A stretch of DNA of 64,000 nt, taken from contig CAZBZO010000004.1 of the NCBI GenBank assembly GCA_964496425.1, positions 23,118-87,117 of the forward strand, read 5' to 3'. The stretch is from an uncultured Candidatus Saccharibacteria bacterium (GTDB lineage: Bacteria; Patescibacteriota; Minisyncoccia; Phycocordibacterales; UBA9973). The notes beneath the pieces are model-generated. The model was not told where the DNA came from and did no database searches. It was given only the letters and a program-made list of their open reading frames with translations. Below, in pieces: positions 36,329-46,712 of this stretch; within the stretch, counting starts at the first letter, position 1, and every line of letters starts with the position of its first letter. A program made the position numbers and the translations under genes.

Positions 36329-37660
36329 TTATTTCAACCCCTTCACTATTTCTACAAACTGATCATTGCGGTCGTACACATTTATAAATTGGCCAAAGGA
36401 AGCAAAAGCTGGGCTAAAAAGTATAACGTCTCCCGGCTTAGCTTTTGCCTGAGCGTTTACAATAGCTTCTTTGAGGGTTAGAGCATCTTCAGCTTTCAAT
36501 TTTGATTTCCGGGTCAAAATCTTAAACTTTGTGGTACCTGATCCTGGAAGCAAGATCACTGCTTTACAGAAAATTGAGATCTCTTGCGCTAGTTCCCAGG
36601 CATCAAGCCCTTTATCGGCACCACCCATAATGAGAACAATATTTTTCTTCTCAGGATCACCGACCGCACGGAGCGCTTTGATCGTCGAGTGAGGCGTGGA
36701 AGAGCTATTGTCGTTATAAATTTTTACATCGCCTATTTTCTTTACATATTCGAGCCGACCAGACACGGCCTTAAACGACTCCACTGCTTTTTTGATAGCA
36801 GCCATTGGTATGTGAAGCGTACGTGCAGTTGCTATCGCTTGGGCAACATTGGCATGATTGTGCTCGCCGAGGATTGGAATTTGCCAAAACATTGGCACAT
36901 AGGAACCATGCGCCAAGACTAGAGTCCCAGGATAATTTTCTGGAATACGCTTTGCAATGTCTTCCGAGACTACGAGAATATCGCCCCTTTTCTGATATTT
37001 AAAAATGTTGGCTTTATCGGCAAAATAACTTTTGAGATCATTATCATAATAATTCATATGCTCTGGCGTGAAGTTCGTGAAGAGCGCGATATGAGGAGAA
37101 ATCTTTGCATCACCAAATCCTTGAAGCTGCCAACTCGAAAGCTCAAGGACGACAATGTCGCCGGATTTTATTTTCGGCAACAGATTGAGGGTGGCCACAC
37201 CACGAATGTTGCCAGCAATATGCGCCCGCTTCCCTGCGACTTTCAGTATTTCATATATGAGCGTCGAGGTTGTTGTTTTACCTCTTGTTCCCGTCACCCC
37301 AATGACTGTAATATTTTTCGGGGCGAGTGCAACAAAGAGTTCGTCATCCATACGGATCGGTATGCCTCGCGCGCGAGCATGAGCAATATACATTGAATCA
37401 AGCCGCACGCCTTGAGCTTTGAGTACAAAATCACAATCTTCAAAATCTTTGAAGTCATGGCGGCCAAGCACCAGTCTGACATTTTTGTATTTTTTAAGCG
37501 GAGCCACCGAAGCCGCAAGTTCTTTCTCGGTTTTAAGATCCGTCACCGTCACCTGCGCTCCTGCTTTCGCTAAAAAGACCGTATCTCCTAAGCCCTTTCC
37601 AAGAAGCCCAAGACCCATGACGGTCACTTTTTTACCTTTTAGGAAGGCTTTGTAGGTCAT
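36329..37660 (-). CDS. murD: UDP-N-acetylmuramoylalanine--D-glutamate ligase
   Basis: VTVMGLGLLGKG, GVTGTRGKTTT. Confidence 0.9.
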   Translation of the reverse strand: MTYKAFLKGKKVTVMGLGLLGKGLGDTVFLAKAGAQVTVTDLKTEKELAASVAPLKKYKNVRLVLGRHDFKDFEDCDFVLKAQGVRLDSMYIAHARARGIPIRMDDELFVALAPKNITVIGVTGTRGKTTTSTLIYEILKVAGKRAHIAGNIRGVATLNLLPKIKSGDIVVLELSSWQLQGFGDAKISPHIALFTNFTPEHMNYYDNDLKSYFADKANIFKYQKRGDILVVSEDIAKRIPENYPGTLVLAHGSYVPMFWQIPILGEHNHANVAQAIATARTLHIPMAAIKKAVESFKAVSGRLEYVKKIGDVKIYNDNSSSTPHSTIKALRAVGDPEKKNIVLIMGGADKGLDAWELAQEISIFCKAVILLPGSGTTKFKILTRKSKLKAEDALTLKEAIVNAQAKAKPGDVILFSPAFASFGQFINVYDRNDQFVEIVKGLK

Positions 37661-37679
37661 AGTGCCATAGTACCACGAC

Positions 37680-38369
37680 CTACCTACGAGGGAAAACTAA
37701 CAGTTTTTGCGGAGAATGAGTCAATACAGTGGCACCAGTCTTTGTTACTATATATGTATCTTCTATACGGATACCAAGACGATTTTTGATATAGAGCCCT
37801 GGCTCGATCGTAAAAATCATATTTTGTTTAAATGTCGGCAAAAGGCGTTTCCAGTATATCCGCGGTGCCTCGTGAATACGCGTGCCCACACCATGACCGA
37901 GCGTATGGATAAAATATTTTCCATACACACCAAGCGCATCGCGTACCACAAAGTCAGCCAGCGCACATTTGGCTCCAGCACGCACAACTCTCTCCGCAGT
38001 TTGTTTTGCGGCTAAAACAAGAGCATATATCTCCTTCTCTTTTTTGCTCGGCTGGCCGACGTATACGGTCCGGGTCATGTCAGACATATATTTTTGATAC
38101 ACCACGCCAAAATCAATAATCACAAAACCCTTGAGCTTTGCATCGGTCGATGGTGGATGGATGTCGTTGCCGGCACGCGGGCCAGACGTCACGATTGGTG
38201 GGAAGCTTGGCTTTACTCCGCGCTTTTTCATTTCAGCCAGTATAAAATCCCGGAGCTCGATTTCGGTCCCAAAATAAAAATTACCGACAATCTTTTTAAA
38301 AATAGTGTCAGTGATCTCGCATGCTTTTTCGATTTTTGTGATTTCAGAAGCAGTTTTAACTATTGGCAT
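37680..38369 (-). CDS. M24-family metallopeptidase (pita-bread fold, catalytic domain only)
   Basis: HTLGHGVGTRIHE, IEPGLY, IRIEDT. Confidence 0.8.
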   Translation of the reverse strand: MPIVKTASEITKIEKACEITDTIFKKIVGNFYFGTEIELRDFILAEMKKRGVKPSFPPIVTSGPRAGNDIHPPSTDAKLKGFVIIDFGVVYQKYMSDMTRTVYVGQPSKKEKEIYALVLAAKQTAERVVRAGAKCALADFVVRDALGVYGKYFIHTLGHGVGTRIHEAPRIYWKRLLPTFKQNMIFTIEPGLYIKNRLGIRIEDTYIVTKTGATVLTHSPQKLLVFPRR

Positions 38370-39180
38370 TTTTTTCGAGATACGAAAATAGAATCGGTAA
38401 CCCCGGATAACTTACGTACTTTGGATCATTGTCTTTAATTTTTTGCTTATACTCTTTGAACGGTATCCAGCGAATATCTGATACTTCACTTTTCTGTAGC
38501 TTGACTGTACTACTATCAAAATCTTTTTGTACGCTATAAATATCTACATACTCATTATTTTTAACACCATTTGGAAAAGTATTCTTTCCAAAAATCGATC
38601 CGAGATAGGTAAAACTATCTTCGCTAAAAACAAGCCCGAGTTCTTCTCTGGTTTCTTCAACTGCAGTTTCTATAGAAGATACGCCGCTCGGGATATGCCC
38701 CCCAGAAGATAAAAACCACATTGACGGATATACCCACATATTAGGTGAGCGAAGCTGGAGCAGAATCTCATTTTGAGAATTATAGATATAGACATGTACC
38801 ACGCGGTGCCATAAACCTTGAGCGTGAACTTCCTTGTTAGAAACCACACGCCCTGTCTTTCCCCCGTTTTCATCAAGAACATCAAGCATTTCTTCACTGT
38901 TCGTAACTGATAACTCTTCCTTTGTAACTATTTCTCCCCATCGCCACTTTGGCTTTTCGCCTTTCAGATAACATACAAGAAAGAGGGCAACTGTACTAAT
39001 TACAAATGGTATTACAAATCCGATCAGCGTATCGCTTGCCGAATGCGAAGATTGATCAATATCTTTAAACTGCCAGACAAGCGCGGCAATATAGATGCCC
39101 ATAACCAGCCAGCCTTCCCACGTAGCCGGATACCATCCCCAACCGTATTTTTTAGCTTTAAACCAATAGTTCTTGCTCAC
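38356..39180 (-). CDS. membrane-anchored Nudix hydrolase
   Basis: Two N-terminal TM segments, then a Nudix box GGHIPSGVSSIETAVEETREELGLVF. Confidence 0.7.
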   Translation of the reverse strand: MSKNYWFKAKKYGWGWYPATWEGWLVMGIYIAALVWQFKDIDQSSHSASDTLIGFVIPFVISTVALFLVCYLKGEKPKWRWGEIVTKEELSVTNSEEMLDVLDENGGKTGRVVSNKEVHAQGLWHRVVHVYIYNSQNEILLQLRSPNMWVYPSMWFLSSGGHIPSGVSSIETAVEETREELGLVFSEDSFTYLGSIFGKNTFPNGVKNNEYVDIYSVQKDFDSSTVKLQKSEVSDIRWIPFKEYKQKIKDNDPKYVSYPGLPILFSYLEKNANS

Positions 39181-39193
39181 TCAGCTAGTATAC

Positions 39194-39466
39194 CTAATCC
39201 TTAAATTTCCACCACAATACTTTTTTGTCTTTGTATCCCGGATGCTTTGCCATATAGACCAGAGACCTACAGACATAGAGCATGCAACGATCTACGTGCG
39301 TTCCTGCGAGCTTTTCAAGCTTGGCATACATTTTCTCGGGATCTGCACTCTTCATATCAGCAAGCGACCGGTAACCAAGCGAATAGATATCCTCTGCTGT
39401 CGCGGGACCGACATTGGGAAGTTTCTGTAGTGCCTTGAGAATCTGTTTTTTATTTTCTATCGCCAT
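39194..39466 (-). CDS. helix-hairpin-helix DNA-binding protein (Cdd1-like)
   Basis: LPNVGPATAEDIYSLGYRSLADM HhH motif; 90 aa. Confidence 0.5.
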   Translation of the reverse strand: MAIENKKQILKALQKLPNVGPATAEDIYSLGYRSLADMKSADPEKMYAKLEKLAGTHVDRCMLYVCRSLVYMAKHPGYKDKKVLWWKFKD

Positions 39467-39725
39467 ATTTTTCGATCCACCACTTTTTAATCATAGGCAA
39501 AGACTGCGTCGAAAGATAAAATCCGAGGGCGGGCACTAATGCATTTACGAACGGATTTTCATTTTTAATAATTATCAAGAAAACTACTGCCACTACATAG
39601 GTCAGTAGGCAAATCGAAAACACGCGAAAGTGGCTTCGTTCCCAGGCTTTATCAAGCTCCACGCGCTGATTGCGCACTTTCACATGCTCGATTTCCGTTT
39701 CGAGTTTTTGCAATCTCTCTTCCAT
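39450..39725 (-). CDS. small membrane protein with an N-terminal coiled coil
   Basis: 91 aa with one or two TM segments. Confidence 0.45.
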   Translation of the reverse strand: MEERLQKLETEIEHVKVRNQRVELDKAWERSHFRVFSICLLTYVVAVVFLIIIKNENPFVNALVPALGFYLSTQSLPMIKKWWIEKYGDRK

Positions 39726-39784
39726 TGATTATTCCAATCTTTTTTATTAACTATTTACTACTAACTACTTTCTATTTACTGCCT

Positions 39785-40231
39785 CTACATCCACGCTCCT
39801 AAAATCGCACCGAATACAAGGAGGGATACAAGTTGGAATCCTGCAGTGATAAAGAAAAGATGCCACGCGTAAACTCGAGGCCGAGCGCTCCACATGGCGT
39901 TACCGGCATTGATTGGCATTGCAAACCCAAGCCAGGTCCAAAACGCAGCTGAGAGTCCTGCTGTGGCGCCTGCAGTACCCAAATAGCTCATGGCCATAAC
40001 AATAATATGAGATAAGACAAAGAGTTGAATCAAAAGAAGCACAAATTGGGTCAGATAGAGCTTCCACATACCTTTTTGTATTTCTGCCATTTTTTCTGGT
40101 GACATGTTCATGTCCATACCAGTTGCTTTTATAAAAGCAGGTCCAAAAAGCATTTTGGAATGCCAGAGCATTCCGATCACCATACCAACAATGCCACAAA
40201 CAAGAATCGCGAGATAATTTACTTCAATCAT
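39785..40231 (-). CDS. hypothetical integral membrane protein
   Basis: 148 aa with 4 TM segments. Confidence 0.55.
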   Translation of the reverse strand: MIEVNYLAILVCGIVGMVIGMLWHSKMLFGPAFIKATGMDMNMSPEKMAEIQKGMWKLYLTQFVLLLIQLFVLSHIIVMAMSYLGTAGATAGLSAAFWTWLGFAMPINAGNAMWSARPRVYAWHLFFITAGFQLVSLLVFGAILGAWM

Positions 40232-40311
40232 GAAATAGTAAGTAGTAAATAAGTTAGTAGTAAGTAAAAACTTACACGAACTACACTACAAAAATTAATT
40301 AATAAATTCGA

Positions 40312-40848
40312 CTATTGATTTTTAATAACGAAATCCGAAAATATTTTCAAATCTTCACTTGATACTGCGTTTCGAGCGCTCGTATGTGCAACCCATGTGC
40401 GGTAACCTTTAAGACATGTAAATGCAGAGACTCCTGGAACGAATGGCCCAAATTGATCCGGTGTACACGCTGACCAAGCTGGCGGGTTGCCCCAATGATC
40501 CCCCCAGCTAATTACCATATCATGATCTGGCGGCATAGTTCCTCGAAAAGTAGGAATTGCATCTGCAGTAAGCGCCTGCGGATCCATAGGAACAGCACTT
40601 GTATCTGAATAATATTCAATAATATTCATCTCTTGCGGATAATAGAAACCAAATGTAGGGGACTTGAGCCATCCGTCAGGAATCGACTCAATAATAGGAT
40701 CAGCTGTGTTGTTTGTTTCAATTTGTCCAGGCAATATCAAATTTTTATCTACATATCCTTCTTCTTTTTTCTCTACAATGAGCCAAATAATGATCGCCAC
40801 TAGAACTAGTATTACTACAATGAGCACCTTATTTGTTTTCGGGGACAT
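40312..40848 (-). CDS. N-terminally anchored exported protein
   Basis: MSPKTNKVLIVVILVLVAIIIWLIV anchor. The N-terminus is paralogous to the next gene. Confidence 0.55.
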   Translation of the reverse strand: MSPKTNKVLIVVILVLVAIIIWLIVEKKEEGYVDKNLILPGQIETNNTADPIIESIPDGWLKSPTFGFYYPQEMNIIEYYSDTSAVPMDPQALTADAIPTFRGTMPPDHDMVISWGDHWGNPPAWSACTPDQFGPFVPGVSAFTCLKGYRTWVAHTSARNAVSSEDLKIFSDFVIKNQ

Positions 40849-40876
40849 AGTTAAAAAATTATTTTAATAATTTCGA

Positions 40877-41404
40877 CTAATTTAAGTTATAAATATCAAC
40901 TCCTGGCTGTAAGCCATTTTCTGGATAGTAAATCGTTTGTGTACAGGTTTTACTAATCGCACTGCATGCCATTTCTTCAGAAGTAGCAACGTGGTCGGAA
41001 GGATAAAAAGCACCACATGAGCCAACTTTTATTCCTGTTTCATCATACGCCGTGACCCCACCATCCGCCATACCTACGTACGGATTACTCACAAAGAAGG
41101 TATTGCCTTGGTATAAACATTCCTTCACGCTGCCAGTTGGATATTGCGCTACGAGCCCTTTCAAAAAGGTAATCTTTGGATCTGGGGCAGGCGGTTGTGG
41201 TGTTGGAGTAGGAGTTGGTGTCGGAGTTACAACCGGCTGCTGATCCTCCTCGGTTGGATTTGTGGTTGGTTGTATTTGGTCAGATGAAGTATTGTATGGA
41301 TTTATATCTTGAACATTGATTTTCGGCTTAAATGCAATATAGGCTAAAAGTGCGATAGCAATGAGGAGAAGTATAATAACGATCGGATTTGTTTTTGATG
41401 ACAT
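40877..41404 (-). CDS. N-terminally anchored exported protein with a TPTPTPTPQPP linker
   Basis: MSSKTNPIVIILLLIAIALLAYIAF anchor, a Pro/Thr linker and 4 Cys. Confidence 0.55.
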   Translation of the reverse strand: MSSKTNPIVIILLLIAIALLAYIAFKPKINVQDINPYNTSSDQIQPTTNPTEEDQQPVVTPTPTPTPTPQPPAPDPKITFLKGLVAQYPTGSVKECLYQGNTFFVSNPYVGMADGGVTAYDETGIKVGSCGAFYPSDHVATSEEMACSAISKTCTQTIYYPENGLQPGVDIYNLN

Positions 41405-41426
41405 AAATATTTTATTATTTTAAAAT

Positions 41427-41696
41427 TTATTCAAGAGGAAATTTATCTTCAGCCTTGAGATATGTATTGAGTTCCTGCAAGGCTTCGGTATCAAAATGCG
41501 CACCATGCCAATCCTCCCATTCGTCGTCTGAATTAAATTTTTTTGCAACTTCTGTGAGAATTGAACTTGAAATTTTCCCTTGCTCGACTAAGTCATTAAG
41601 CTTATCTAATACATTCAAATTTCCATCAACAAATTCTTTGACTTCTTTCGGAGTCGAGTTTTCTATTTCTTCAAACCGATCAAAATTTCCAATCAT
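41427..41696 (-). CDS. hypothetical acidic protein
   Basis: 89-aa ORF. Confidence 0.4.
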   Translation of the reverse strand: MIGNFDRFEEIENSTPKEVKEFVDGNLNVLDKLNDLVEQGKISSSILTEVAKKFNSDDEWEDWHGAHFDTEALQELNTYLKAEDKFPLE

Positions 41697-41735
41697 AATT
41701 TTCTACTATTAGTTAATAAAATTCACGTACCATAA

Positions 41736-42068
41736 TTATACCTCGTGATGGGTATTTTGGCTGTGGAGAGTGGGGGCGTGGATTTGTTTGGAATGTTTAC
41801 TGAAAACTACGTAAAAATCTTTATATTGGAGCCCTTGGAGTATGACGCCGAAAATAAGGGCAAACAAAAAGCCAGAATACATACCTGAGCCCACCAGTAT
41901 GAAAAAGAGGAGGAGGGCGCATATCCACGCTCGGATATAGATGGTTACGCCATATCCTTCATTGTTGATAGTCGTGAGCACGCCTCGTTTGGCAGTACCT
42001 TTACCCAAGAGATGTTCAGCGACGAGAAACCCACAGGCGACAAAAAGTAGGAAAAGTATGATGCTCAT
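41736..42068 (-). CDS. hypothetical membrane protein
   Basis: 110 aa with 3 TM segments. Confidence 0.5.
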   Translation of the reverse strand: MSIILFLLFVACGFLVAEHLLGKGTAKRGVLTTINNEGYGVTIYIRAWICALLLFFILVGSGMYSGFLFALIFGVILQGLQYKDFYVVFSKHSKQIHAPTLHSQNTHHEV

Positions 42069-42093
42069 AGACTTAGGATAGCGCGTTGAGACT

Positions 42094-42131
42094 AAAAAGC
42101 AAAGAGCCCGCTTGCGGGCTCTTTGCTTTTT
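42094..42131 (-). terminator. rho-independent terminator (gcaaagagccc-gcttgc-gggctctttgc flanked by A5 and T5); bidirectional
   Basis: Perfect 11-13 bp stem with T-runs on both strands, downstream of the DoxX gene. Confidence 0.7.
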
Positions 42132-42143
42132 GAGTCATTGAGA

Positions 42144-42701
42144 TTATTTCATTCCTTCAGTCTTTTCGTGTCCGGTGCACATACCACCTTTACAGGTATC
42201 GCATCCATCACAAGCACTTTTGCAGTCTGATCCGCACATCATATGACATACGCATCCCTTACCTTTACATGTGCCTTTCTTGCAGCATCCACATACGCAT
42301 GGACCGAGTGCCCATCTGCCAGGACCTGAAAGCGCAATTGTGAGCGCAGACGCGAGAAGCATAAGCTCATATTCAAAGCCTTGCATGCCAGCATTGCCCA
42401 TAAGGCCGCCAGCCCATTTCAATTTGAATATCACCACCGCCATAATAATAACGAGAAGGAATCCAGCAAGACGCGTGAAGATACCAAGCACCATACCGAT
42501 ACCGCTTAAAAATTCAGTCCAGGCGACAATGCCAGCCCAAAATGTAGCAAATCCGAGAGAGCCGAAAAACGCTTCAGTACCATCCATATTGTGGATTTTC
42601 ATCCAACCGTGAGCAATAAAAATAACACCGAGCACGACGCGCAAGATAAGAAGTCCGCATTTTTTCCCTCCCCAGCTCTTCATCATTTTGTGTTCCATCA
42701 T
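42144..42701 (-). CDS. DoxX-family membrane protein with a C-terminal metallothionein-like Cys-rich tail
   Basis: DoxX-like 4-TM N-terminus (LLILRVVLGVIFIAHGWMK...), then CVCGCCKKGTCKGKGCVCHMMCGSDCKSACDGCDTCKGGMC. Confidence 0.75.
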   Translation of the reverse strand: MMEHKMMKSWGGKKCGLLILRVVLGVIFIAHGWMKIHNMDGTEAFFGSLGFATFWAGIVAWTEFLSGIGMVLGIFTRLAGFLLVIIMAVVIFKLKWAGGLMGNAGMQGFEYELMLLASALTIALSGPGRWALGPCVCGCCKKGTCKGKGCVCHMMCGSDCKSACDGCDTCKGGMCTGHEKTEGMK

Positions 42702-42832
42702 ATTTTATAATTGCCTACCATTTCGGTAAGCGGTTATGGTTTTAATCTCTTTAGTATACTTCAAAGATACTTTTGCTGCTACTCTTTTTTGCTTCAAAGA
42801 AACACCTCGCAATTCCTATAAAAATGCTCGAC

Positions 42833-43648
42833 TTAGATAGGCAGAAAACAACCATCTTCTTTTCTAAAAGAATCTCCGTTCACTAAATTTAGTACTACAG
42901 TTATATCCTTGCATTCATCATCACCCGGTCTACCTTCTTTGTAAGTGCCGAACAAGACAGGCGTGCCTGGATCAAAACCGTAAAAGGGTTCCCCAAAATA
43001 TAAAAAGTCAGTTTGAATACCGTAACTTTTAATTAGTTCGCCTCCTATCTTAGATTTAAGATTTTCCAACGCACTAGCAAAATCAGAGAAATAAAGATGC
43101 TCTATGGGAATAATGTTTAATGGTGGGTCACTTTTTACTATTTTATCTCTCATCATTAGCAAAAAAGAATCGTAGGAAATTGGTTGATTTTTAATATTAT
43201 TGAAGTTTGGGTCCGTATCTTTTTGGTAATAATGGAAATAATAATTTGAGATTAATTCATCTCTTCTTTTTATCGTCATCCAGTCAATATTCAAAAAATA
43301 ATTTATTTCTACAAAATCAGTACTATTAGGCTGATCCACGAAAACTTTTTCTATTTTAATATGATCTTTAATATAGTTTTCTGTTACGCCGTAATTTTCC
43401 TGTAAATACCTCTTCCAATACGATATGTAGGTTTCACAATGGATGTCGGGGCAGGTAAAATCAAGCAAATTAAGGTACGTTTCATTGTTCTCTGCCACGA
43501 AAGCAGTGATTTTATCTTCTAAAGAACCGGATTTGACTTGTATAGGGAATGGAGATAGTCCAACCTTCTCCAATAGAAATACTTGAAAACCTATTATCAC
43601 AATAGCAATAATTGTAATTACTAAAAATATTTTTGTTGATTTTTTCAT
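42833..43648 (-). CDS. N-terminally anchored hypothetical protein, AT-rich gene
   Basis: 271 aa with an N-terminal TM segment. The sequence is N/K/Y/F-rich. Confidence 0.5.
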   Translation of the reverse strand: MKKSTKIFLVITIIAIVIIGFQVFLLEKVGLSPFPIQVKSGSLEDKITAFVAENNETYLNLLDFTCPDIHCETYISYWKRYLQENYGVTENYIKDHIKIEKVFVDQPNSTDFVEINYFLNIDWMTIKRRDELISNYYFHYYQKDTDPNFNNIKNQPISYDSFLLMMRDKIVKSDPPLNIIPIEHLYFSDFASALENLKSKIGGELIKSYGIQTDFLYFGEPFYGFDPGTPVLFGTYKEGRPGDDECKDITVVLNLVNGDSFRKEDGCFLPI

Positions 43649-44097
43649 TCTTTTTTCTTAAAACACAAGCTTGCCGAATTGGTACAAAACCGCTTGCCAG
43701 TTGTTTCTTTGGGCCCATCGTCGAAGATATGCCCGAGATGGGCGCCGCAATTGCCGCACACAACTTCGCTTCGTACCATGCCATGGGAAGTATCAGTGAT
43801 AGTCTTCACGGCTTCCGGTGACAGCGCTTGATCAAACGACGGCCAGCCAGTGCCCGAATCAAACTTCGCATCACTTTTGAAAAGCGGCGCATCACATACT
43901 TTGCAGGTATACATCCCTGAATCATGATTGTTGAGTAGTTCTCCCGAAAACGGCGCTTCGGTCCCCTTTTCTTGCGTAATTCGATACTCTTCTTCCGTCA
44001 ATTTCTTTTTTGTCCCGTTAGAAGTAGACACTTTGTTCGTGTCGTCGGTTCTAATGGGATTGAGTTCATCTTTATCCATATGTGTATATTTTATCAC
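43645..44097 (-). CDS. msrB: peptide-methionine (R)-S-oxide reductase MsrB
   Basis: [35 protein letters not shown]. Confidence 0.9.
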   Translation of the reverse strand: MIKYTHMDKDELNPIRTDDTNKVSTSNGTKKKLTEEEYRITQEKGTEAPFSGELLNNHDSGMYTCKVCDAPLFKSDAKFDSGTGWPSFDQALSPEAVKTITDTSHGMVRSEVVCGNCGAHLGHIFDDGPKETTGKRFCTNSASLCFKKKE

Positions 44098-44144
44098 ACT
44101 ATTTTCGGATAACGTACCTTACCCATGGTATACTATTTTTATAA

Positions 44145-45377
44145 ATGAAATTATTTACTCCTACACTTTTAGGCATTGCCGGCATTCTGCCAGCTATTTT
44201 CTGCTTCGTATTTTTTTTGTATCGCGAACCATCTTCAGCAATCAAAAGCGATCTTGCTGCTTCAGTGTTTCAAACGACGATTGATCCGGCAGCGCTTCGC
44301 CAAAGCTATCAGGAAAGTGAACGAAAAATAAAAATTCTCATCATGCCTGGACATGAGCCAGACTTTGGTGGCACTGAATATAAAACATTTAAGGAGCGAG
44401 AGTGGACCGTAGCTCTCGGCCAAGATATTGCCAATGAATTTTTGGACAATGATCAATATGAGGTACTCGTTGCTCGTGGCACAAGCGACTGGCATCCGCT
44501 CCTCAAAGAGTATTTCGTTCGCGAAGAAGCCAATATAGAGGCGTACCGTGAAGAAAAACGGCAAGCATTATCTGGCTTTCTGGAAAGTGGGGAGCTCAAA
44601 CGAAATGAAGAAAATGTAGTACATAATGTCGCGTCGCCGACTGCTGCACTGCATCTTTTCGGTATTAATAAATGGGCAAACGAAAACAATATTGATATTA
44701 TTCTTCACATTCATTTCAATGACAATGCTCGCAAGAAAACAAGCGTGCCTGGTACTTACTCTGGATTTACTATTTATGCCCCTGAGCGCCAGTACGGTAA
44801 TGCAAGTGCTTCGCTTGCTGTTGCTCAAAATATTCATGATCGTCTCTCGACACTCTTTGCAGTCAGCGACTTACCGAAAGAATCCGATGGTGTCGTGGAA
44901 GACCAAGACCTGATTGCTATTGGTCAAGGTGATAGCGTCAAAGCAGCGGCCTTGCTTATTGAATACGGGTATATTTATGAATCACGTTTTGCTGAGCCAG
45001 AGCTGCGTGAAAAAATATTCAAAGAGCTCGCACTCCAAACATATCTTGGCGTGGAAGATTTTTTTGCAGGTGAGGGAACGAAAAGCTCGCCTTCGACGAC
45101 GCTCATAGACGCAAACTGGAATCCCCAAAATCTCAAAGAAACATCGGAAGATCCGAACGTGCTCGGCCTACAAGCGCTGCTGACAAAAAAAGGCTTTTAC
45201 CCGCCGGCGGGCGAAACCAAAAATGATTGTCCACTCTCAGGCTACTATGGTGAATGTACCGTCGAAGCAATAAAAGATTTTCAATCCGCCATTGGTCTTG
45301 AGACCACGGGCGCTGTTGGACCAAAAACCCTCCAAGCATTCGAATCTGCACGAGATACGCTTTTACTGTTTCAGTAA
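44145..45377 (+). CDS. N-acetylmuramoyl-L-alanine amidase (Amidase_3) with a C-terminal peptidoglycan-binding domain
   Basis: N-terminal TM segment, IMPGHEPDFGG, HIHFND. The C-terminus LQALLTKKGFY...GYYGECTVEAIKDFQSAIGLETTGAVGPKTL is PG_binding_1-like. Confidence 0.8.
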   Translation: MKLFTPTLLGIAGILPAIFCFVFFLYREPSSAIKSDLAASVFQTTIDPAALRQSYQESERKIKILIMPGHEPDFGGTEYKTFKEREWTVALGQDIANEFLDNDQYEVLVARGTSDWHPLLKEYFVREEANIEAYREEKRQALSGFLESGELKRNEENVVHNVASPTAALHLFGINKWANENNIDIILHIHFNDNARKKTSVPGTYSGFTIYAPERQYGNASASLAVAQNIHDRLSTLFAVSDLPKESDGVVEDQDLIAIGQGDSVKAAALLIEYGYIYESRFAEPELREKIFKELALQTYLGVEDFFAGEGTKSSPSTTLIDANWNPQNLKETSEDPNVLGLQALLTKKGFYPPAGETKNDCPLSGYYGECTVEAIKDFQSAIGLETTGAVGPKTLQAFESARDTLLLFQ

Positions 45378-45379
45378 AA

Positions 45380-46633
45380 TTACGCTCGGGTAATATCTCG
45401 GGGGAAAAAAATATGGAGCGTCCAATCAACGACGATTTTGATTTTCTTTGAGCGTGAAATGAATTTGAAGAGATAGACTGTCCGCCAGATAAACCAGGCC
45501 AGTTTGCCATAGAGTTTGAGGCGTCCAATATTGCCGACCGCATCCCATTGCCCAAGCGATACCAGCTCCCCCGAAGATGCGAAATGAAACGGCAGAAGTG
45601 AATCGCCTCGGAGAAGTCTCGAGAAATTTTTGCCAAAATGCTTACCCTCTGCCACTGCAATCTGCGCAAGCATCGGCAAGACGGTACCATCATCATTCTC
45701 GAAATGAGCAACGTCACCCAAAGCGAAAATATTTTGATGCTGTGGGAGACGAAAATTGTGGTCGACAATAATACGTCCTTGTTTATCCAGTGGAACTATT
45801 TCCGAAAATGTCGGTGTATTGGGCGATACCCCTGCCGTCCAGACGACAGTACCAGCGGGTATCGTAGCTCCGTCAGAGAGTAGCACCTCCCCTTTGCGGA
45901 CTTCCTTGACCTTGGCATTCAAATGGAGTTCCACTTTCTTGCGCGCCAAGGTTCTCGCTGCACGAGCACGGGCATGCGGAGCAAATGGTGACAAGAGTTC
46001 ACTTCCTGCATGGACGAGATGAATACGTATGGCTTCTTTGGGAATTTCTTTATGATAAAATTTCTCAAACGTGTCGTAAAACAGCTCAGCGGCCTCAGCC
46101 GCAAGCTCCACTCCGGTCGGACCGCCGCCGACAATAACAGTCGAGAGAAGCGCTCGTTTGGCTTCAGTATCAGAAAGCAAGCTCGCTGTTTCAAACATTT
46201 CAATAAAGTTGTTACGCAACCGAATAGCATCCATAAGCGATTTCAAAACATATGAGTGTTCCTCCGCGCCAGGCGTATTAAAAAAGTTGGTACTCGCTCC
46301 TGTCGCTATTACCAAATAGTCATACGACAGCACTTCTGCAGATGTGTGTACTGTCTGTGCTTGTGGGTCGACAGATATCACATCAGCCACCACCAAGCGC
46401 GCCTGGTGACGGTAGATGATTTCCCGGATTGATTCCACAACTTGATGATGTGCGAGCCCCCCGGTCGCAGCTTCATGAAGGAGCGGGGTAAAAAGAAAAT
46501 AATTGGTCTTGTTCACAATCGTGATTTCAAGATCCTCTGCTACTTGTTTACATACAGACAAATGTGCATACAAGCCGGCAAATCCAGCTCCTAAAATAAC
46601 TAATTTTTTCTTTTGTGTGGTTATAGTATTCAT
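45380..46633 (-). CDS. ndh: type II NADH dehydrogenase (NDH-2 family flavoprotein)
   Basis: LVILGAGFAGL and VVGGGPTGVELAAE dinucleotide folds, ALGDVA. Confidence 0.85.
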   Translation of the reverse strand: MNTITTQKKKLVILGAGFAGLYAHLSVCKQVAEDLEITIVNKTNYFLFTPLLHEAATGGLAHHQVVESIREIIYRHQARLVVADVISVDPQAQTVHTSAEVLSYDYLVIATGASTNFFNTPGAEEHSYVLKSLMDAIRLRNNFIEMFETASLLSDTEAKRALLSTVIVGGGPTGVELAAEAAELFYDTFEKFYHKEIPKEAIRIHLVHAGSELLSPFAPHARARAARTLARKKVELHLNAKVKEVRKGEVLLSDGATIPAGTVVWTAGVSPNTPTFSEIVPLDKQGRIIVDHNFRLPQHQNIFALGDVAHFENDDGTVLPMLAQIAVAEGKHFGKNFSRLLRGDSLLPFHFASSGELVSLGQWDAVGNIGRLKLYGKLAWFIWRTVYLFKFISRSKKIKIVVDWTLHIFFPRDITRA

Positions 46634-46712
46634 TAAAGCAAAGATAAAAACCTGTATTTTGATTATACACTACACGGGTCTGCTATAAATAAAATCTCAA
46701 ATCGCCCTGCTA

